This document shows positions 58,184-64,000 of a stretch of DNA of 64,000 nt, one piece after another. The position numbers were made by a program, and so were the translations under genes. Under the pieces are notes generated by a model, which worked only from the letters and a program-made list of their open reading frames with translations, had not been told where the DNA came from and searched no databases. The stretch comes from Clostridium sp. 26_21 (GTDB lineage Bacteria > Bacillota > Clostridia > TANB77 > CAG-508): contig MNRO01000008.1 in assembly GCA_001915995.1 (NCBI GenBank), positions 44,099-108,098 of the forward strand. Direction: 5' to 3'. Each line of letters starts with the position of its first letter. Position 1 is the stretch's first letter.

Positions 58184-59410
58184 TTATGATGAGCGAGTTA
58201 AATTAAACCAATTATTAAATATAGATTTTATCATATTTATAAAAGTAATTTTTGGAATAGATTTTTCAGCAATAAGGTTTATTTCACCAATTTTTTCATT
58301 ATTTAGATAGTATGAAATAGTACCAAGTTGTTGATTTTGAATTATTGGAGCAGAGATACTTTCAGGAAGGGTAATTTCATAAGTAATATTAGATTCTTCG
58401 CCTTTTTTTATTAAAAAAGATGGAGAGGTTTCAAAAATTACATTTACTGTTTCAAAAGTTCCTTTTGTTATATTAATAGATTTTAATATTTCGCCTTGCA
58501 TTGCAAAAGACTTATAAGAAAAAGTGTTAAAACCATAATCCAATAGAGCAGAAGCATTGGAAAATCTAATTGCAGATGTAGGAGCTTTCATAACTACAGC
58601 AATTAGTGATAAATCATTACGAGTTGCAGATGCTGATAAATTAAATAATGCTTTAGATGTAGAACCAGTTTTTAAACCAGTACATCCAGAATAATTACGA
58701 ACAAGTTTATTGGTATTTGACAAAGCAGATTTACCATCTCTAAGAGTATCTGTCCAAATTGTTGTATATTTAGTGATTTGAGGATGTTTAGTTAAAAGTT
58801 CTCTGGACATTAATGCAATATCATATGCAGAAGTTAAATGATTATCTTCATCAAGTCCATGGCAATTAACAAAATTTGTATCATTCATTCCAAGTTCTTT
58901 AGCTTTTTCATTCATCATTTTTACAAAATTTTCTGTAGAACCACCAAGATATTCTGCCATAGCGGTAACACAATCATTAGCACTAACAACAGAAATTGCT
59001 TTTAACATATCATTAACACTTAAACTTTCTCTAGGATCAAGCCAAATTTGAGAACCACCCATATTGGCAGCATTTTCACTACAAGGAATTTGAGTATCTA
59101 AAGTTATTTTCCCTGAATCAAGAGCTTCCATAATTAGAAGTAAACTCATGACTTTTGTAACACTGGCAGGATGTAATTTTTCGTGAATATTATGATTATA
59201 TAAAATTTTGCCAGAATTCTGTTCAATCAAAATAGCACTCTCAGCATCTAAATTAAGAAAATTATCATTTTGAATAGAATTAGAAGATTTTGCAGAAGTT
59301 TCAAGTGATTTATCTAGAACAGACCAAGTATAAATTGAGGAATATGCAAAAGTAATAGGAGATAAAATAATAATTAATAAAATAAAAAAACATAAAAATT
59401 TAGATTTCAT
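58184..59410 (-). CDS. D-alanyl-D-alanine carboxypeptidase (S11, DacB/DacF-like)
   Basis: Signal peptide, SVTKVM (SxxK), SAND-like and KTG (GLKTG) motifs, and a C-terminal PBP5-C domain. AAAGGA RBS supports ATG 59410 (MKSKF...). Confidence 0.85.
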   Translation of the reverse strand: MKSKFLCFFILLIIILSPITFAYSSIYTWSVLDKSLETSAKSSNSIQNDNFLNLDAESAILIEQNSGKILYNHNIHEKLHPASVTKVMSLLLIMEALDSGKITLDTQIPCSENAANMGGSQIWLDPRESLSVNDMLKAISVVSANDCVTAMAEYLGGSTENFVKMMNEKAKELGMNDTNFVNCHGLDEDNHLTSAYDIALMSRELLTKHPQITKYTTIWTDTLRDGKSALSNTNKLVRNYSGCTGLKTGSTSKALFNLSASATRNDLSLIAVVMKAPTSAIRFSNASALLDYGFNTFSYKSFAMQGEILKSINITKGTFETVNVIFETSPSFLIKKGEESNITYEITLPESISAPIIQNQQLGTISYYLNNEKIGEINLIAEKSIPKITFINMIKSIFNNWFNLTRSS

Positions 59411-59476
59411 AATAAGTCCTTTCATAGATATTTTATTATAATCAATAAAAAATATACCACAAAATGAATATTTTAG

Positions 59477-59505
59477 TTGAACAAAATGTATTTATTTGGT
59501 ATAAT
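59477..59505 (+). promoter_or_regulatory. sigma-A promoter of paralog 2
   Basis: TTGAAC, a 17-nt spacer, then TATAAT. Confidence 0.55.
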
Positions 59506-59555
59506 TAATATAAGAGAGAACTAAAGATAATCCAATTAAAAAGGAGAAAGATACT

Positions 59556-61823
59556 ATGGCTAAAAATATAAAAAATAAAGGTATAACTTTAATTGCATTA
59601 GCGATAACTGTTGTTGTATTGTTGATATTGGTAGGAGTAACAATATCTCAAGTTACTGAAAATGGAATGTTTAATATTTCAAACATAGCGAAAGATAATG
59701 CTAATAAAAGTGAAGAAAAAGAAATATTAAATACATCTGCTATTTCTGCAATTTCGAAAAGTAGCAAAGCAAAAGTAGAAGAAACACATTTGAAAACATA
59801 TTTAGATAAAAATGTTGGTGAAGAAGGAAAAGATTATACAATAAAAAGAGCAGATGATAATTCTAAAAATTTTGAAATAAAATTTATAAAAACAGAACAT
59901 GAATATGTTATTTTGGAGGATGGTACTGTTCTAGAGAAAGATGAGTATCAAGGTACAATAACAACAGATTCTAATGAAGTGATAATAATAGAAGTAGGGA
60001 CTTCAAAAGAGATTACAGTAGATACTTCTGGAACAAAAGAACCAGTAACATGGAGTTCAAGTAATGATGCTGTAGCAAAAGTTAGAGTTGAAGATGTAAC
60101 AAATACAAAAACAGCAAAAATAGATGGAATATCAAATGGTGAAAATATAATAATAACTGCAAAATTGTCTAATGGACAATCAATAGAAAGAAAAGTTACA
60201 GTTCAAACAAGTCCATCAGCAGTAAAAATAAATGATGTTGAAGTAGATATAGGTGATGGACAGAAAACTAAGAAAATAGAAGCAAAAATAGAACCAGAAA
60301 CAGCAAATGTAAATAGAGAATTAACATGGACAAGTAGTGATCCAAATATAGTTACAGTAGACGATTCTGGAAATGTAACAGGAAAAGCAATGGGATCAGC
60401 TATTATAACAGTAGTAACAAAAAATGGAAAAAAAGATACATGTACAGTATCTGTACATGCAACACCAAAGTCAATAAAAATAAATCCAGCAACAGTTATA
60501 TTAGATAGAAGTGAAACAAATACACAAAAATTAACAGTTAGTTATGAGCCATCATATTCAGATAGACAAACTTCAATAACATGGAGGAGTTATGATACAA
60601 ATATAGTTACTGTAGATGCTTCAGGAAATATAACTGGAAAAGCAAATGGAGAAACTAAAATAGAAGCTAAAACAGCAAATGGAAAAATAGCAACATGTAT
60701 AGTAACAGTACATACAACACCAAAATCAATATCTTTAGATCCAAATAATTTAATATTAGATATGAGTGGAACTACAACTAGAAAGTTAACAGTAAAATTT
60801 GATCCAACAGATGTTGATCAACAAAATACAATAACATGGTCAAGTAATAGAGAAAGTGTAGCAACAGTAGATAACTTTGGAAATGTTACAGCAAAATCAA
60901 ATGGAGATGCAATAATAACAGCTAAAACAGCAAATGGAAAAATAGCAACATGTAATGTACATGTACAAACAAGTTTAAAATCAATTGCATTAAATAGAAC
61001 AAGTCTTGGATTAGATTTAAGTGGAACAAAAACAGGAAAATTAACAGTAAGCTATAATCCAACAGGAGCAAATGTAAATACAGGAATAACATGGTCAAGT
61101 AGTAACAACAATGTAGCAACAGTAGATAATTCTGGAAATGTTACAGCAAAAGCAAATGGTGGAGCAATAATAACAGCCAAAGCACAAAATGGAAGTACAG
61201 CAACATGTTCTGTTGGAGTTCAAACAACAATAACAAGTATATCAATAAATGAGCAAAATAAATCAATTAATTTAAATCAAACATTACAATTAACAGCAAA
61301 TGTAAATCCAAGTTCAACATCAGAAAAATTGCAATGGATAAGTAGTAATACAAATGTAGCAACAGTAGATTCAAATGGTTTAGTAAGACCAAAAACTGGA
61401 GGAACAGTAACAATAACTGTAAAAGGTTCAACAAGTGGTAAATCAGCAACATGCCAAGTGACAGTAATTAATTATATGATAGTAAATTTGGACCAACATT
61501 ATCATGATGGAGCAGGAACAATGAGTCCTTGGTCTGGAACAATAGCCGCAGGAGCAACTAGAGCAGAAGTAAGTATGTGGGGAAAATTAATAAATGGTTG
61601 GAGAGATAAAGACTTTGTATGGACATATTCTGGAAATGGTAGTGCAAGTTGGAAAAAGAGATTAGATGGAAGTTTTGGAAATAACCCATCATATTCATCA
61701 ACACAATATATTACTTTAAATGGTGGAACATCATGGAATATTACATTAGTAATAAAAAAGGTTGGTATTTTTAATGGTTCACCAGATTGCTATAGTGCTG
61801 GTTCAATTAAGTTTTATTATTAA
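59556..61823 (+). CDS. giant Big_2-repeat surface protein, paralog 2
   Basis: MAKNIKNKGITLIALAITVVVLLIL N-terminus, the conserved N-module, at least 6 Big_2 repeats, and a different ~150-aa C-terminal domain. Confidence 0.7.
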   Translation: MAKNIKNKGITLIALAITVVVLLILVGVTISQVTENGMFNISNIAKDNANKSEEKEILNTSAISAISKSSKAKVEETHLKTYLDKNVGEEGKDYTIKRADDNSKNFEIKFIKTEHEYVILEDGTVLEKDEYQGTITTDSNEVIIIEVGTSKEITVDTSGTKEPVTWSSSNDAVAKVRVEDVTNTKTAKIDGISNGENIIITAKLSNGQSIERKVTVQTSPSAVKINDVEVDIGDGQKTKKIEAKIEPETANVNRELTWTSSDPNIVTVDDSGNVTGKAMGSAIITVVTKNGKKDTCTVSVHATPKSIKINPATVILDRSETNTQKLTVSYEPSYSDRQTSITWRSYDTNIVTVDASGNITGKANGETKIEAKTANGKIATCIVTVHTTPKSISLDPNNLILDMSGTTTRKLTVKFDPTDVDQQNTITWSSNRESVATVDNFGNVTAKSNGDAIITAKTANGKIATCNVHVQTSLKSIALNRTSLGLDLSGTKTGKLTVSYNPTGANVNTGITWSSSNNNVATVDNSGNVTAKANGGAIITAKAQNGSTATCSVGVQTTITSISINEQNKSINLNQTLQLTANVNPSSTSEKLQWISSNTNVATVDSNGLVRPKTGGTVTITVKGSTSGKSATCQVTVINYMIVNLDQHYHDGAGTMSPWSGTIAAGATRAEVSMWGKLINGWRDKDFVWTYSGNGSASWKKRLDGSFGNNPSYSSTQYITLNGGTSWNITLVIKKVGIFNGSPDCYSAGSIKFYY

Positions 61824-61850
61824 AAAATGAAAATAAAAGGAGATGATAGT

Positions 61851-64000
61851 ATGAAAAAAATGAAAGAAAATAAGGGAATAACATTAATAGCACTAGCAGT
61901 AACAGTTGTTGTATTGTTAATATTGGTAGGAGTAACAATATCTCAAGTTACTGGAAATGGTATATTTAATAAATCTTCTGCTGCTAAAGATAATACGAAT
62001 AAAGTTGAAGAAAAATCGATACTTAATACTTCAGTAGTTGCAGCTATAGGAAAAAGTAATAGAGCAAAGGTTGAAGAAGTATATCTAAGAAATAATATTG
62101 AAAAAAATATAGGACAAGAAGGAGAAAAGTATACATTAAATACTGTTCAAGATGGAAATGATTCGAAACACTATGAAGTTAAATTTCTACCAACTCAAAA
62201 TGAATATGTAATATTAGAGAATGGAACAGTTTTAAGTAAAGATGAATATAATGGACAAATATCAACAGATTCCAATGATTTATTAATAATAGAAGTTGGA
62301 GAGTCAAAAGAAATAAGTGTAGAAACAGATTCAAATGATCCTGTAACCTGGAGATCTTCAAATGAAAATGTTGCATATGTTAGAAATGAAGATGTAACAA
62401 ATACAAAGGTAGCAACAATATATGGAAAATCAAATGGTGAAAATATAGAAATAACGGCAACATTAACAAATGGAAAAAAAGTTACAAGAAAAGTAAAAGT
62501 TCAAACAAATCCTAAAAGTGTAACAATAACAAATAAGGATAATTTATTGATAGACTTAGGTTTAGAAAATAAAACATTGCAATTACAAGCAAAAATTGAA
62601 CCATCAACAGCAAATGTAAATACAAATTTAACTTGGACAAGTAATGATCCAGGAAAGGCCACAGTAGATAGAAATGGAAAAGTAACAGGAAAGGCAAATG
62701 GAAATGTTACAATAACTGTTGTAACAGGAAATGGCAAGAAAGATACTTGTCAAGTTTTAGTAAGAACAAGTCCAATATCAATAGCTTTAGAACCTAATAA
62801 TGTAACATTAGACTTAAATGGAACTAAAACTAAAAAACTAACAGTAAAATATAATCCAGACACAGCTGATACTAATAGAAGTGTAACATGGTCAAGTAAT
62901 AATTCGAATATTGTATCAGTTGATAGAGATGGAAATATAACAGCTAAAGCACTTGGGACTGCAACAATTACAGCAAAAACACCAAATCAAAAGACAGCTA
63001 CATGTACTGTAAATGTAAAAATAAGTCCAACATCAATATCAATCAATCCTAATGGATTGGCATTAGATTTGAGTGGAACATCTACTGGAAACTTAGGGGT
63101 AAAATATAATCCAGAAACTTCAAATTTAAAGACAGGTATAACATGGACAAGTAGTAAGACTGAAATTGCAACTATAGATGGTTCAGGTAAAGTAATAGGA
63201 AAATCAAATGGAACAACAACAATAACAGCAAAAACAGAAAATGGAAAAACAGCTACATGTAATGTAACAGTATATACAAGTCCAACATCAATATATGTAA
63301 ATCCAAATAACTTAACATTAGATATGAGTGGAACGAAAACTAGAAAATTAACTGTAAGTTATAATCCAACAAGCTCAGATTCTAAAAAACAAATAACTTG
63401 GTCAAGTAGTAATAATAATATTGCAACAGTTGATGCATCTGGAAATGTAACAGGAAGGTCAAATGGTAATGTTACAATAACAGCAAAAACAGAAAATGGA
63501 AAAATAGCTACATGTAATGTAAAAGTACAAACAAGTTTGAATTCAATATCATTAAATAAAACAAGTACAGTATTAGATATAAATACGAAGAAAACAGAAA
63601 GACTAACTGTAAATTATAATCCATCAACAGCAAATGTAAATACAGGAATTTCATGGAGTAGTAGTAATCCATCTGCTGTAACAGTGGATGGAAGTGGAAA
63701 TATAACAGCAGTTGCAACAACTGGATCTGCTATAATAACAGCTAGAGCTCAAAATGGTAGTACAGCAACATGTACAGTAACATTAAAAACATTAGTAACA
63801 ACTATTTCTTTAAGTTCAAGTGTTACAGTAGAAACAGGAGCAACTACAACAATATCTGCTAGAGCGGCTGAAGATAATCCTACTGAAAATTTAACATGGA
63901 TAAGTACAAATCCTAATATAGTTTCTGTAAGTCCAGATGGTACTTGGTCAAAATCATTTTGGGACATCTTCTTGGGATTTAAAAATAAGAAAAATGCTTG
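61851..64000 (+). CDS. giant Big_2-repeat surface protein, paralog 3 (3' end lies beyond the window)
   Basis: AAAGGAG RBS. MKKMKENKGITLIALAVTVVVLLIL N-terminus. The frame stays open through position 64000, with at least 7 Big_2 repeats. Confidence 0.7.
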   Translation, partial: MKKMKENKGITLIALAVTVVVLLILVGVTISQVTGNGIFNKSSAAKDNTNKVEEKSILNTSVVAAIGKSNRAKVEEVYLRNNIEKNIGQEGEKYTLNTVQDGNDSKHYEVKFLPTQNEYVILENGTVLSKDEYNGQISTDSNDLLIIEVGESKEISVETDSNDPVTWRSSNENVAYVRNEDVTNTKVATIYGKSNGENIEITATLTNGKKVTRKVKVQTNPKSVTITNKDNLLIDLGLENKTLQLQAKIEPSTANVNTNLTWTSNDPGKATVDRNGKVTGKANGNVTITVVTGNGKKDTCQVLVRTSPISIALEPNNVTLDLNGTKTKKLTVKYNPDTADTNRSVTWSSNNSNIVSVDRDGNITAKALGTATITAKTPNQKTATCTVNVKISPTSISINPNGLALDLSGTSTGNLGVKYNPETSNLKTGITWTSSKTEIATIDGSGKVIGKSNGTTTITAKTENGKTATCNVTVYTSPTSIYVNPNNLTLDMSGTKTRKLTVSYNPTSSDSKKQITWSSSNNNIATVDASGNVTGRSNGNVTITAKTENGKIATCNVKVQTSLNSISLNKTSTVLDINTKKTERLTVNYNPSTANVNTGISWSSSNPSAVTVDGSGNITAVATTGSAIITARAQNGSTATCTVTLKTLVTTISLSSSVTVETGATTTISARAAEDNPTENLTWISTNPNIVSVSPDGTWSKSFWDIFLGFKNKKNA

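Noticed and set aside
1-64000. CRISPR arrays, rRNA genes, and IS/transposase or integrase genes
   Set aside because: No regularly spaced short direct repeats were seen, no rRNA-like conserved blocks, and no transposase or recombinase-like ORFs. The only repeats are the 165-bp pair and the 3x11-bp iteron.

Overview
AT-rich, low-GC Firmicutes chromosomal segment, Clostridia-like and from an endospore former (spoVS, spoIIP, a SipL-like DUF3794/LysM protein, yunB and a YjcZ-type tiny protein are present). About 0-51 kb is densely packed core housekeeping, read from the sequence as follows. rpoA (3' end) and rplQ. A SAM-I riboswitch leading metK. An LPXTG surface protein. recD2 and recN. A DUF4116 protein. 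The rpsO-pnp operon. Convergent dapA and asd. ymdB and spoVS. An orphan family-5 substrate-binding protein. recA, recJ and relA/spoT. An MBL-fold hydrolase. spoIIP, a SipL-like protein and yunB. An HNH/ParB-like nuclease. tRNA-Glu. A P-type Ca-ATPase. An RluA-family synthase and trmB. An Alg14/Alg13-like glycosyltransferase pair. ftsE and ftsX, two tandem coiled-coil M23 peptidases and an S41 CtpA. pgsA, greA and lexA. A GH18/SH3 hydrolase. hpf and rqcH. A small M23 peptidase. tRNA-Trp. A vWA-LPXTG protein. A YjcZ-like tiny protein. A U32 peptidase. Most genes have recognisable sigma-A promoters, Shine-Dalgarno sites and rho-independent terminators. Candidate LexA operators sit at recN (two) and recA, with a weak candidate at lexA. 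A ~165-bp structured direct repeat occurs twice, bracketing the recA-recJ block. The last ~13 kb (51.2-64 kb) looks accessory. It starts with a GH73 glucosaminidase carrying a C-terminal dockerin and a membrane protein with a cadherin-like domain. Three paralogous giant proteins follow. They share a near-identical pilin-like N-terminus and an N-module, carry arrays of Big_2 Ig repeats, and end in unrelated Trp-rich C-terminal domains. This family is the most likely undescribed system in the window. rpmE, a small membrane protein, VanW and a DacF-like carboxypeptidase are interleaved with it. No CRISPR array, rRNA or transposase was seen.
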